Below, piece by piece: positions 13,731 to 27,816 of a DNA stretch of 64,000 bases (positions are counted from its first letter, which is position 1; each line of letters starts with the position of its first letter). The stretch lies in NCBI GenBank assembly GCA_028534125.1, contig CM052816.1, positions 61,196,001 through 61,260,000 on the forward strand, given 5' to 3'. The translations under genes were made by a program, and so were the position numbers. The notes beneath the pieces are model-generated. The model saw only the letters and a list, made by a program, of their open reading frames with translations. It did no database searches and had not been told where the DNA came from. The DNA comes from Lama glama. Taxonomy: Eukaryota.

Positions 13731-15649
13731 TGAAGAAAAATGACTCACTGTGCTTTTGGTTGACTTTATATCATTCCTTAACCTGTACCCTAATGTCCAC
13801 AGAGACTAATATTACACATAGGATGTGGCTATAGCAAAAATGAAAAAGGTACAGGAATGGAAGGTGAGGACGCAGACACTGTTGGCTGGGAAGCTGGTAC
13901 TCCTCACTATACCACGGATAACATTTGTTAAAATTGTTGCTTGCCATAACTTGGAAGGCAGGCCAACCTCCTCCTCAGTCTTAGCTCTAGGCGGAGTGTT
14001 TGGACTAATAATGTTGGTGTGTTTGTCAGTATCTGTTGCTTTTAGAAAGATTATGTGAGTGAGATGAGCTCAACTGAGAATTAGTCACTTTGCAAAGATG
14101 GAAGGAAAAGAATTTTGCTAAGAAAGGTTCTGTCCATGGCCCACAATCTGGGGTCTCAGAAGGCTGGAAAAGCCAGTTGCTCTGTATTCCTAACGTTGGG
14201 AGAAAACATTGTGACTTAGAGTTGCTGAACTGCAAAGACAGTCTGAGAATGCTGCCCTCCTCCTCAAGCCTGCCATATCAGAGGGTCTTGAAGCAGATGC
14301 CACTACACGGAGGAAGAGTAGGGTGGACACCATACAGGAGTCACATAGAAGTATACAAGAAAAGACTTGGTAGTTTTAGGACCTAGGACCAAAAGTGGCA
14401 TTTGGGGGTAGTTATTTTAAAATAAATCTGATTGGAAACAAACAGATGAGAAACCTACTAAATTTCTGAGGAATTTTTATTACCAAAGATATCATAAACA
14501 TGGCCTAACATGCTTGTGATGATTTGACCCCTAAAGCAACCCTCAGGCTGTAAACTGGCACTAGTAGGAATGTACACTAGCAGCTGCCAGGTTATCATCA
14601 TGGAGGGTAATGGACAAGAAAGAATTCCCTGCAGGCAGAACCATGGGGCATGGAGTACAGTTACTAAAGGAATTCCTGCTAGAAAGGAGATCCAAATAAG
14701 TCCAACGGGCTATCCCAGGGACTTCGCCAGAGCACGGAATCGTCACAATTCTTGACAAACTGTTTCTGAAAATTGGTATGGGTCTGCTATGTCTCTTCTC
14801 TTTCCTTTTCCAAACGGGAGTCTTCAGCGTGGTTTTTCTGTTCCTATCTTATCACTGGCTGTGCGTGTTGGAGGTAAGGGGGCCAGGAAACCTGTCTTCC
14901 CTTCCATTGGTTTCTAGGTCATGAGAAGTTGTAACAGGGGAGGACTATGTACCACCTAGAGACACTGGTCTTTGAGCTCAAGGCAGTAACTGGTTGGGAT
15001 CTGATATATGATGAATAGATTTTGTCTAGTGGGGGGAGGGGGAAGAAAAGGTGCCAGAGAGGCAGACTGTGGTGGAGTTACTAGACTCTTGGGTTCCATT
15101 TCCAATTCTTCCTTTTTTCCTTTTAGAAACAGGATTCCCTCAGCTGAGCAAATGGCTGTCAAATGGAGACTACGTTTCCTAGCCTCCCCTGTAGCTAGCC
15201 ATGGTTATATGATGGCCTTTGGGGTCAATGGGATGTGAATGGAGTTCATGCATGTCATTTCTAGGTCTTCTCCTCAAAGATGCTCACTCTGCATTTTACC
15301 TTCCCTCTCAATGGGTTGGAAAATGGTGACAACTGGAATGGCCTTGGAAGTCACTTGCTGAGCAGAGAGAGGTACCCCATCAGCCTTGGACTGTTGACTT
15401 GGGAGGAGAATACAACTTTTAGTTTATTTAACCCATTCTATTTGTTCTATTAGAACAGCTTAGCCTATGGTCATACCAAGCAGGTTGCCAATGAACAAGG
15501 AAAAAGCTGTCTTACAGGCTGGAGGGATTAGGAGACAGAATGCTCACACAAATGGGAATATCAGTCTCCGAGCTGATTTCAACAGTAGCAAACAAAGCAA
15601 ACCCTTTCCCTAAAGTCCTCCATAAAAACAAAAGGAAGGCAAACATTTA

Positions 15650-15826
<177 letters not shown>

Positions 15827-16390
15827 TCATTTTCTCACACATCAATTTTCCCACTCATGATTGGCTTATTTAGCACTGGCATGGTGCCTTTAAGAAGCTC
15901 TAGGAATTCTGTGGAGTAACTGAAATTAAAGTAAAATAATGATAATTCTTATAATAACGTTTTGATGTTACTGGAATGGGGGTGGTGGTTAGAGGACAGG
16001 TGGCCTAGGAGATGGTAATTTACAAGATGAATAGGCTTCAGTGCACTTGTACAGATGGTGTTTTGATGGAGACCAGGCAAAATTAAGCCAAGAAAAACTC
16101 ATAACAGAACAAGAAGAGACTAGTTTAAGTTACAACGTAGAGGACACTGTGAGGCAAAAAAAAAAAAAAAAAATCAAAGCACTGAAGGGTGTTAAACATT
16201 AGCATAAGTTACCATGAACGATTATGAAATTTCTTCTGGACTGTCTCCAGAAATCGTACACACTCCTATAGCCTAAAATCTAGGCATGGTTTGGTTGGGT
16301 TTTGTGTAGAAGAGGTGGTGGGTTCTGTAGAAGGTATGTTTTTTAAAGAACTCTTTTAACTTTGATTTGGCAAACTGTGAGGTGACATTA

Positions 16391-16540
<150 letters not shown>

Positions 16541-17204
16541 CTAAAACAAAGATAAAAATACAGGACATTAACAATAAAATGAAATTTTCATTTTTATCGC
16601 CATCAGTGAAGTAAGTTTCACTTTTATGTGAAGACTGGGTTTTGTATCCAACCCTCAGGAAGCACTTTCTAGAGATGTGCTTGATCAAATAGTTTTCTTC
16701 AATCTTCTATGTGATGTCAATTAGCATCTGCATGTGACATGTACAATAAGGCAGTCCTGGCAATGTGTTAGAAATTAGGCATAAATTTGTAAGAACTAAA
16801 TACATTTAGCAGATGTAGTCAAAGCAGAGTCTGGCACATAGTACATACACAATAAGTAGTTGCTGAGTGAGTGAATGAATCTAATAGCCTATTAATAATG
16901 AACATTTCTAATCTTTCCCAATTCAGAATTTTAATTTAGCAAATCAATGTTGGGTGCTGAAGTAAGCCAAGAGATATGAACCGAGTAATTAATTCTATGG
17001 TTCCTTTGGAAAACAGGATATGCCTTAATTTTATAGGGTGCTTGCAAACAAACGCAATTTATGGGCCCTAACATTTGTATAGAAAGTATTAGGTGGGAGA
17101 GCAAAGGAAGAAATAAGAAGAAAACCACAAGAAAACACATGAGATAATTTACTAATCTGCCATACTCTTCTAAAAATGCTATATAATAAAATTTATGTAA
17201 ACCA

Positions 17205-17550
17205 CACTCATTCTCAAAGTGTGTACCTGACCAGAAGCACCAAAATCACCTGGGAACTTGTTAGAAATGCCAATTCTTTGCTTTGTTTTGTTTTTCAGGG
17301 GGGTAATTGGGTTTATTTATTTATTTTTATTTATTTATTTTTTAATGGAGGTACTGGGGATTGAACCCAGGACCTCGTGCATGTGAGGCATGCACTCTAT
17401 CACTGAGCTGTACCCTCCCCCATAGAAATGCCAATTCTTGAGACCCACACCAAACCTACTGAAAAACAAACTCTCAAAGTGGGGCCATGTATAATCAGAG
17501 CTTTAATAAGCCCTCCCAGTAATTCTGATGCACAGTAAATTTCAGACTAC
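17205..17550. mobile_element. MER5A-like hAT-Charlie MITE, split by a SINE
   Basis: ttctcaaagtgtg...atcacctgggaacttgttagaaatgc...aataagccctcccagtaattctgatgcac. Confidence 0.8.
17279..17421 (-). mobile_element. Camelid-type tRNA-derived SINE
   Basis: Reverse complement gggggagggtacagctcagtgatagag...ggttcaatcccc. Perfect 17-bp TSD tagaaatgccaattctt at 17262-17278 and 17423-17439. Confidence 0.92.
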
Positions 17551-18116
17551 TTATTTAATACACAGTGTCACTTTTAGGCACTCTGCTTGTCTCCCCAAGC
17601 CCCCTTTCCCCTTCTCCCCCACTCTACAGTAGCCATGTAGTTTAGGTGGGACCGGAACCCATCTGAAGGTCCATGCATGTGACCTCTACACCAGTTAGGT
17701 AATCCCACCCTCACTGCAGCAGTGACTGGTTCAAGTAACCCTGGCACTCCCCTGACTAACGGTGGATTCAGGATTAGGCATACTATCCAGTCTGGGCCAC
17801 AAAGACATGAGGGGAGGTTTCCTGGGGCGCCTACTTTTCAGTGGTGCCCTCACACGTGTCTACCGTGTTGACATCACTCAGTTTGAATATCTTTCAAACT
17901 TGTTTCCAGTTCTCCTGGCTAGAAGAACAACCTGGAAATAAATCATGATTATATTTCCTGTGCAAAAGAATGAGCTAATTCTGCAGTCAAGTTTATTTCT
18001 GAAACTGGAAGCTCTCTATGGTATTAGACAACAGAGAAAGTTTGAGAAGCAAATCTCTCCACCTTTAAGGGGCATATATTCATCATAGGGTGTTCCATTC
18101 CAAAATGCTAGTTTTA

Positions 18117-18418
18117 CAGAAATAGACTCATAGATATAGAATACAAACTTGTGGTTGCCAAGGAGGTGGAGGGTGGGAAGGGATAGATGGGATTTTAAAA
18201 TTGTAGAATAGATAAACAAGATTATACTGTAAAGCATAAGGAAATATACACAAGATCTTATGGTAGCTCACAGAGAAAAAAAATGTGACAATGAGTATAT
18301 ATATGTTCATGTACAACTGAAAAATTGTGCTCTACACTGGAATTTGACACTACATTGTACAATGATTATAAATCAATAAAAAATGTTAAACAAACAAACA
18401 AACAAAAAAAACAAAAAA
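18117..18418 (+). mobile_element. Young, strongly 5'-truncated L1 (3' UTR only)
   Basis: L1 3' UTR motifs, aataaa signal, A/AAAC tail. Perfect 16-bp TSD caaaatgctagtttta at 18101-18116 and 18419-18434. Confidence 0.88.
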
Positions 18419-18806
18419 CAAAATGCTAGTTTTAAAACTCTATGTCCTAAGGATTTTATCACCAGTGCTCTATTCTATGAACAAGGGAGCAAGAATACAA
18501 ATCAAGTATTAAGATCTGAGCTAGCTATCAGAGAATGTACAACAGAGAAAGGAAAATAAGCTTAGCATATGTGAAACAAATAAAGCCTGGACAGGATTAA
18601 AACTAATTAAGCTAACAGTTGTTGGTCAGTCATCATGAGGTTAATAGGAGTTGCAGAATGTAGTCACTACCGAAAACACTGTACGTGGATTCGTATTATG
18701 GGCTATTTCTCATGTTATAAACATGTGTTTCCCTAATTCCTGTTTTTTGTTGTATTGTGTTTCATTTATTCTTTTGTTCTTTAATAAGAAAAGGAAACAA
18801 ACTCAC

Positions 18807-18914
18807 ATTTTGTACTTGTTCTGGAAGATGGAGCCCATTCCTTCTTCCCATTTTAACTGATTTTTCCAAGTATCGTCGGGCTTCAGGCTTTATCTTCCCC
18901 AGATCACAGGTCTC
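18807..18914 (-). CDS. NLN: NLN exon 4: [36 protein letters not shown]
   Basis: Translated by hand; not in the ORF track. Acceptor taatttcag|GAG, donor AAT|GTGAGT, 108 nt. Confidence 0.96.
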
Positions 18915-21900
18915 CTGAAATTAAAGGGTGTGACAATCTCTCTCATTTCTGTTACAACAGTGCATGGGTAAATCATAAACTATGAAGCCAAAGCAAAATT
19001 TATTCATCATCTCTCCTGGGCTATGAAGCACACAGGTGATTATGAGGCAGCCCTTTTTGAAAACCTAATTCCTTTTATGCTTTACTGAGTTTCTGCTCAT
19101 TTAAAACAGAAGAATAAATAAAGAGCTGACCAGAATTTCCTTGCCTTGCATCAGAATCAAGTGTGCCTGTACCACTTGAAAATGTGACTAGAAACATTTG
19201 CATAATCTCATTCTGAGCTTTCTTTATGACTGAGTGGTCTTTTTCACAAAACAGGTTTCTTATCACAAATCATCCGGATTTAATTTTCTATCATTTGCTA
19301 ACCTGGTTCCACTTGAGAGGCAAGAATAGAAAGAATGGGCCAATTCTACACAAATGGAGAGGAGGATTCTTTTGCCAACATACCCAACATGGACAGCTGG
19401 ATTGAACGCCAGCAAAGGGCTTCCAATACTTCAAAAATGCCTTACTGTCATTTGGCAAGCGAGGTCAAGGGACCAAGGCAAGCTGCATATGAACAAGCAT
19501 CTGGGGAAAATGAGTCAGCACTGCACACAGAGGAGGAACGCTGGACAGTATATGCGAGCCTGCAGGCAGCCAGGCAACCACACTTACTGAAAAGGACGAG
19601 GGCCCTGGAGGAGAGGGGGACGTTCCCCTGGCCACAGCAAGGCAATAAACACACCAGATGTTTCTTTAAAACAGATGGCAGAATACACATGGCACATCTG
19701 GGTAGCGGGTCAGTTCGTAGTCCCTGGGAAGTGGGCTCCAGACAGACTCAGCAGGTGTAAAGGATTCAGTCTGGCCGAGAGCCAATGAGGGACTCCTGTC
19801 TCTAGAGGCTTCGAGCCCGCTCAGCCCTCGAGCTCTACCGCTGGCTGCACTCTCTTCAGGAAAGACTCGGGCCGTTCACCCCAAGCTTTATATTTTCCCA
19901 CTAATTAGATCTTTAAAAGGACTGTGTTTAGCTCTAGGGCCTGCATTTTAGATTGTTGGTAAAAGGCTCTTGCTGCAATAGTTCTGTCATTTTTTACATT
20001 CTGCTGCAGCAGGTAAACAGAGTCGTATTTCAGCTGAGGGTACTACCTGATACAACAATCTGTATCTCCCTTTACCTACCAGTAAATAATTCTGAGTCAC
20101 AGCACTAAAGCGCTTATTGTGCATCCATTACTCACAGTTTCCTCTGACTTTATCCTCAGTGGAGGCTGAGAACAGTTAAGACTCCTTTTTCCATAATAAC
20201 CCGTTTTGTGTCCTTGGGGAATTTCTGAGCAGGCTGGCATGACTGGAGGTGGAACCCTCCCTAGCTGGTATTGGCACATACTGGGGTCCCAGCAGCAGGT
20301 GCCTGCAATGGCAAGAGACCCAGGATGGCTGGGGAGACAGCCGGGCTGTGGGCTGACTCCCTCAGAGAGGGCCAGCAGTTCAAATCACAGTGTTCATCCG
20401 GATATGATTAACCTGGGTTGACTGAGCTTCCACAGCGCCAGGAAGTCTGTCCTGAGGCATGGGGCATGGCAACAGGAGTCCCTAGACAGGACAATACCGG
20501 AAGTTGTAAGGCTGGGGAGAATCTAAGCAGCAGCTATGTGCAGTGGGGGAGAGGGAAAAAAAACCCTGGTGAGAAGGGCCTGACAAGGACACAGGCGAGC
20601 AGGCTGAGACCCAGAGCAGAGAAACCTTCCCACCTGGGCAGTGGGCCAAGGCAGAAGCAAGGCACACAGCAGGACAACAGTGCGGGTTCCTGGGCTTCAC
20701 CTGGTCACACATGGCCCTGAGCTTAGCAGAGAGGCTCATCGCAAGCCTCGCCAGCTTATGTACGGCGGATTCTTACTCTACCGCTTGATCAGGATGGGCT
20801 CTCATACTAGGTGGGCCTGGACCTGGCGTACCTGGGAGCATCAGGGCTGCTACTTGAGAAAGCCTGTAGGTATACTCAGCATAGGAAACTCACCACTTCT
20901 GGTCTAGGTTAGGTAAAACTACTGACCTCCCTAAATAGGTAATCTAAGTGTAAACAGGAAGAAGGATGTTCTGAGAAAAATCAGCCCTGAATTAGGTCTA
21001 ATTAACTATGACTAATTACCTGTCCTGAAATAGCTGACTTACTACAAAAATGACACTTATCAAAAATCTGATTCAGTTATAACGAGATACCTTGTGCCAA
21101 TCAAACTCAGGGGGTCGGGAAATCTCCGGAGGTCTCTGGAGGGAGTAAAGCACTTCTAAAACGTGCTTCTACAGCACATTCCTGTCCCAAAGCTGATCAT
21201 AATAATATTCTCCCTTCTAATCTTCAGGCAAGGTCAGAATTACTGCCCAAGGATTTTCTAAGAGGGAATCAGCCAACACTCTAGAAGGCTCTGCCACAGT
21301 TGCACCTTCCTTTCCTGTAAAAGAATTTAATCCCTTGAATCTGAACAAGGTCTCAGGCCTCTTTGGGTAAAGTTTCTTCTCTTTGGGGTTGGGGTGGGGG
21401 TACAGGTAGGAGCTAAAGTTCTCTGAAGTAATTTTCAAATTGATATAATCTGACAGCAGGGGATGGTATTTTAATCTATGTGGTGATGAGATTTATTTTT
21501 CCCCAACTTCCTCATATAACTAAGAGCATTTACATAAAAGTATGAATGTGTGCACGTGCGCACACATGCGTTCCTACACATATGCTCATATGCTAATTTT
21601 ACAGTCAGAAAACTGAGGTTAAATGATTTCTCTAAGATCACACAGCTGTTTAGTGGTACAAATGGGGATAGAAATAAATTCTTCAAAATCTTAGTTTATT
21701 ACTTTCCCTAATATGCCACACTGCTACATTACCATCCTTAATTCATTATCATTCTTTAAAATTTCATAGTGAAAAAATGAAAAATTGTCTTAAATCGCCC
21801 CAGTGCTCCCCACCTTCTGACCCATGACTTTGTCCTTTTCTTTACAAGACTTTCACATTTCCAGTTTCTAAAATATGAAAAAATATTTCAGTGGGATTTC

Positions 21901-23429
21901 GTGTATTGTGTATCAAACTAGAATTTACAGTTTGTTAAAAGAATGCTGAAGATTAAGATAGTATATTCCTCTGAATATCATTTAGAAAAGCTGATCCATG
22001 AGCTCTGAATACACTAAAGAAATCTAACTGAATAACAGTATGATAATATAGGTCTTACTGCAAAAGCTAAAATAGAGATACAAACTTGTTTAACTCAATG
22101 TGTTATAAATGCAGTTTCTTTCCCCTTTTTTCTGTGTTTTTTCAATCATTTACTGTCAGGTTTCTAACATTTCACTGTGAAGAGGACATTCTGAGGCAGC
22201 TGCCTGCACTCTGGACAGGAGGGCTGCAGAAAGGCCTGCTTGCTGACCACTAACTCAATATGCTCGCACAAGATTCTCTGCTTCTGTGTGGGCCTCGGCA
22301 GGGCAAGGACCCGGAGAGGGGAACCACACTACATGGAGACACACTGTAACTGGGACCAGTTCTGTTCCATTCAACATCCATTTACTGAGCTCCAATTTAT
22401 GTCAGGCACTGGGGAAACAAAGGTGAATATCCTGGAGGCTCCTTAAGTCACAAGAAGGAAAAAAAAACATATATTAGCAAATAATGTTAATATCATGCAG
22501 TGAGTGAAGAGAGGTAAGTACCTGGGAAGCATAAAACAGGGGCATCTGGCTAACAGGGAAACGAAGGCAAGGTAGTTGAGGCTTCATAGCAGATCTCTAG
22601 GCTTTTAAGAGCCTGACAAAGGTACAAGCTTCAGTAGTATTATGACTGACAATGAGACTTAAGCATTTCAAAATCAAGAAGGCATGGTAAGTAAAGAAAA
22701 TTACCACCACCATGCTGAATTTTGGAAGTGGCTTTTCCTCTTTAAAAAGTTTTTCTTTTTGTTCTCTTCTTTCTCTCTCTCTCTTTTTTTTTTTTTTGGT
22801 CATAGTTTTAAGGCACTACTTTTTTAAAAAATTTCATTTATTTTAAATTAATTAATTATTTTTTATAAGGCATTGGTTCTTGTATTTTAATTTGGCACTG
22901 GGTCTCCATGGCTCAAAGTAGATCACGTAATGCTTAAAAACACTGATATGCAATCTTGTGACTCATTCAATTGCACTAGAACATTAAAATTCTGTTTAAA
23001 TCACTAATTGGCTAAGATGAATTGGCAAGACCAAAGTCCATAGCTCTGAAAAAACATAAATATTACAATAGGTAATTGTATTTCTCAATTCAGCTTGTGT
23101 AATTCAGACTCAATTTCCTTAAAGAATTCTTTTTCTGTACTTACTACTTAGCAGGCTACTGGCATAAAATATTATCTGCCTGGATTGTTTTATAATGAAG
23201 ACAGTGTACATTTTCTCACCAATATGGCCTGAAAGAGTGTCTATAAAGCCTTTTTGATCTTTGCTGGCTTTTCAGCCAATGATTGAGAAGCCTTTGTCAG
23301 GCCTGGGAAACACCAAGACTTGAGGCCACAACTGCTGGCTTTTGATATCTGAACATTTTTCAGCTAAAGGAATAAGGACATCCTTGTTTTCATTTCTTTT
23401 TCTTGTTTTTTTTCTTCTGGTAGAATTAG

Positions 23430-24650
23430 GGATAAATTAAATGTTATATTTTTATGTAATATTTGACATCTACAAATGAATATAACTACATATATATGTT
23501 ATGAAGACAAATTGAATCCACTCTCAAATTTATTAAATAGAATATTAAAACACTGCTATGAATTATGTGTTAAGCAATTTTTTCCAGTTTTACTACTTAC
23601 ATATACATTGTTTAGTTATGCTTCTTTTTGACTTTTTAAAATTATATATTGTATGCAGTGTTCTGCAACTTTGTTTTTTCTTTCCTTGTTACTAAAATTT
23701 AGCCATGATGTTGCAAGTTGCTGTAGTTTATTTCCTTCATTTGTATAAAATATTTCATTATAAATATACTACAATTTATTGATCCATTTTCTTATTGATG
23801 GAAATCTGAGTTGTTTCAGTGTTTTCCTATTATAAATAATGTTGCCATGAATATATGTCCAATTTTACCTGTGCACAAATACAAACGTTGTTTCTAGGTA
23901 AATGCTGAGGTGGGAGTGGGGAGGATATGCTAACTTAACGGAGAATGTAAGATCCAACTTCATAATACTAGATTTCCCCCCAAATTAGTTATTACTATTA
24001 TTTTAAAAATCAATTTATACCTTCATCAGTGGTGCACAAACATTCCCAATGATTCACACCCGCACAGACACTTGGCATTGTTAGATTTGTTAATTTTTGC
24101 CAATCTGGTGAGTGAAAAATAGTATCTTATTGCGGTCTTTATTTACATTTCCCTGATTCAATGAGTGTAAATATTTTTTCATATGTTTAATTGCCATTTC
24201 ATCAGAAAAGTGTTTCATCTGAAATATCTTTCCATGTCACTTCCCCATTTTTCTATTGGGATGTTTGTCTTTTATTGATTGTAGTAGCTCCTTATATATA
24301 CTAGGTACTAATGCTTTGCTAGTTTCATGTTTTGCTAATTTCTTTTTTTAGTATTTGAGTATTTTTTAGTATTAATGTGTTTTCACTTTCTTTATTAATA
24401 AAAGTTCTTTACTTTAATGTAGTCACGTTTATCAGCCTTATATTTTATGTCTTTTTAAGAAATACTTCCCTGCTCAGATGCCATAAAGGCATATTCCTAT
24501 ATAAATTTCCAGAAGCTTTAAAGTTTACCTATTTAAGACTTTAATCCATTAGGAATTGTTTTCACTTGGCTGTGAGGAAGCAATCCAATTTTTTTTCCCC
24601 ACGAGGATAACCTATGTCCCAGCACCAATTACTGAAGGCCTATTTTTCAG
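23430..24650 (-). mobile_element. Old L1 (L1ME-like), 3' ORF2 and UTR region
   Basis: T-rich strand with taatttttgccaatctggtgagtgaaaaatagtatcttattg and tttacatttccctgatt. Confidence 0.75.
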
Positions 24651-25089
24651 ATCTGTCATAGTTTCTCACTTTACTTTGATGAACATTTACTAAATGTTTA
24701 CTGTACTTTGTACCAGGCACTCTGCCAGTGATACAAAATAGAATCAAACATGACACCTCCCTCCTTTGAGGGTTTTAACATAAAGTCTACATGACTTCTG
24801 GCAAGCATTTACCAGCTACTTCTATGCTGAAAAGTTATGACTTCTAAGCCTCAGTTCCTCCACTTATAAAAAGGGATACCTCTGAAGATTGGTGTAAAAG
24901 TTAAGTTAGATAATGATAGTGCTATACAAATATAAAGTAGTATTACTAGCCACACTTGGGAAGGAGACAGGAAGACTAGAAGCACGCTGGTTAGTCTCGT
25001 GCTCCACTGTGATTTCATCCATCCATTTAGTCAACAAATTGCTATGTTAAAGGTCCTGAAACATGATTGCAAATTAGTTGATAATCCCT

Positions 25090-25557
25090 ATACTGAGAGG
25101 TGGTGTCCCTTGAATCCAGGCAGATCGCAATGACTAGTCAATCAATATAGTACTGTGGAAGTGATGGTATGTGGCTTCTGAGATAGGTCATAAAATGCAA
25201 TGCAGCTTCCATGTAGTTTGTTGCAACATTTGTGCTGAAGCCCTCTGGCTGCATGAAAGAAGTCCTACCACCCTGATGCTGCCATGCTGTGAGGAAGTCC
25301 AAATTAGTCCACATAAAGAGACTACATGGAGGTGCCTGGCAGGGACTTGAAGACAGAGCTGCCTGACTAGCCTCTACATGCTCCAGCTCCAGCCACCACT
25401 GCCTGCAACCACATGCGAGACTCCAAGCCAGAACTGCCCAACTGATACCTTTCTGAATCCCTGATCCACAGAAACTGTGAGAGAAGATAAAATGATTGTT
25501 GCTATTTTTAGCCACTAAGTTTTAGAGTATGCTGTACATCAGTAGATAACTAGAACA
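25090..25557 (+). mobile_element. MaLR LTR (MLT1F/H-like)
   Basis: gccatgctgtgaggaag...ccacagaaactgtgaga...tttagccactaagtttt...agataactagaaca. Confidence 0.8.
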
Positions 25558-27667
25558 CTTATTTATTTTGCCATAAAGAACTGTGAAAGGTAATCTCATA
25601 TTTCTGTTCATCAATCTTAAGTGAAAAATAATGTAAGAGCTAAAATAACACATTCTGTACCTAATGAAGATAATACAGTTGATTATCATCCACATTGGTG
25701 GTATCTTGAGACTTCAGTATTATTTTCAGCACCCTCATTTTTGTAGAGCATGCCTGAAACTGATGACTCTACATAAATTTACGATTCTATTACCCAGCCT
25801 AATGAAGGCTTTATGTATCATATCATGGTTGCCCTATTTTACTTAGTGTTACAGAGAAACATAAATGTAAGATTTAGATATATTTAACTTTGTTTTTTAA
25901 GTATAAATGGGATGAGTCCATTAAAGAGTCCATCTCTAGCAGAAAACTGATACTGGTAGTTTTAGATTTTTAAAAATATTGACTAAAAAATTGTAACTAT
26001 TTGCCAAGAAAAGTATTTAAAGGTAACTAAATTCAATCACCAAATAAGCTCCAATGCACAAACAAATACAGTGGCTACTTTTTATTATTCTGAAGTAGAC
26101 TTAACATTGTAAATGTTCTTAAAAATGTTCACACAATAATCCACATGTATGAGAATAAACTACTTTGGAAAGAGGAAAAATCATGTAACCAAATCTGAAA
26201 CTATTTTAAGTTAATATAATAAATCCTGAAGTGAACGAGCTCAGATAAATGAACAAATCTAATGAATACAGTGGTGTTTATCAGGTCACTTATAGTGTGC
26301 TAGGCTACTGTCTAGTCTACTATCCAGGCAGCAATTTTTTTTCCAAATTTAGTGGTATCAGAGCCCAATATATAAAAAGTTGAGAAGTATAAAAGAGAAG
26401 TCTAGAGTGACAAACCTCCCATATTCTGATAACATTCATAATAATCAGAGAAGGTGGAACAGTAGCAAGAACATTGAACTCAATCAATAACATTAAGACT
26501 GCAATACCTTTTTGAGGCAAGAAAACCCCAAGTGAGAACTTAGAAGTCAGGATGAAAGCAGAACTAATCAAAGGAAAGTAGAAATGCTGAGGAAAAGTTC
26601 TAAAGAACATATATAATATCCATATGGAAAAGAAATTAAATTATTTGGGGATGAAATAAAAATAGGAGACTATAAGGGCCATGATTTGAATCACATAGAA
26701 TAACTGGGGTCAAAAGGAGAAAAGAGAACAATTTACCTAATAAAGAATAACCATAGTTATTTTAACTTAGGTTATTTTTATAGAGCCAAAGATGAACGAT
26801 TATGAACCACATAGATGAATATCAATTATAAGGTGAAAAATGTCTGACATGAGAAAACAGACAGTAGGCACATCTTACATGTCTAAATAAAGTCTTGATT
26901 ACATATTCAGAGTGAATTACAAATAAAACATTTGAAATAAAACTGCTTTTTATTTCAACTCTTGTTGTAGTTTGCTGAAAGGAACACAGTTTTTGAGATT
27001 TTGCATGTTCTTATGCAAAATTAAACAAAAATGCCTATGTGAAACATAAATTTAAATTGCTGAGTGCCATGACAATAAAAAAAAATTTAAAAAAAGTCAA
27101 AGCAAAGACATGATGAAAATGCTATGGAGCAAATTAACATCGGTGATGAAAAGACCAAAAACACACATGGCAGGCCCACCTAGAGCATTCATTATCCGTA
27201 ATCTCTGAATCCTGAAAAATGTGAGGATGACAGATAGGAGATCCTCTGGCCTGCAGCATCAATACTACGTCATCAATATTATGGCCAAAACCACACGATT
27301 TTTACAGATAATTCAATTTCATTTGCTTCTAGTTGATCTGATCTAATATAGATCTTGCAATATTTTAAAAATTCAAAGATGTTTTTACATTAAACCAGTA
27401 AGTTCATGATGGTTAGAAAGCCTTATATTTATGGACGTACACTCTTTTATACTTAGTCTTAATAATTTTAAGTGAATGTAATTAGCAATTCAACATAAAC
27501 CTAAGTGGTATGACATAACATTATATAACACTGTGCTGCACCCATTATAATAATTAGAAACAAAATCTAGGAACATTCAAATACTTTTTATCGTTGGTTA
27601 AAGGTTTTTACTTTTTTATTGTCAGGTTTTTTTTTTTCCTTTTAAAAGGATTTATACCATCATTTAC

Positions 27668-27816
27668 CTTTAAATGAACAATTCTCAGAAAGATATCTTC
27701 TCTCATGCTCATCTCGATATCAAAGCGAGAGAGTTTTTTGTCCGCTTCTGTACTTGCTGCTCGTACTTCTTTGTCAGAGGAGACGTGCTGGGGAAAGTCT
27801 AGCATGGTTCGCTCCA
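27668..27816 (-). CDS. NLN: NLN exon 3: (V)[49 protein letters not shown]
   Basis: Acceptor ctgttaacag|TG, donor AAG|GTAAAT, 149 nt. Overlaps ORF 27608..27817. Confidence 0.97.

Larger units (their letters stand above)
13010..15480 (+). mobile_element. MaLR (MLT1J-like) element: left LTR about 13010-13800, internal region about 13800-15060, right LTR about 15066-15480
   Basis: Two same-orientation copies of MLT1J-like motifs (actacctctcctggccttc...gctagttgtggccatgtga; actacgtttcctagcctcccctgtagctagccatgg...caatgggatgtgaatgga) flank an MLT1-internal-like stretch (ttgttaaaattgttgcttgccataacttggaaggcag). Confidence 0.6.

Noticed and set aside
19335..19760. 141-aa plus-strand ORF as a nested gene
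   Set aside because: No recognisable domain, exon structure or processed-pseudogene hallmarks. The length is plausible by chance in GC-richer DNA.
21546..21600. Alternating purine-pyrimidine quasi-palindrome tgtgtgcacgtgcgcacaca
   Set aside because: A short decayed (TG/CA)n microsatellite next to a MIR fragment, with no evidence of function.
25138..25515. 125-aa minus-strand ORF (and similar ORFs at 32919, 33169, 40578, 54181, 56768, 62040)
   Set aside because: All lie within MaLR, L2 or L1 remnants and appear to be chance open frames.
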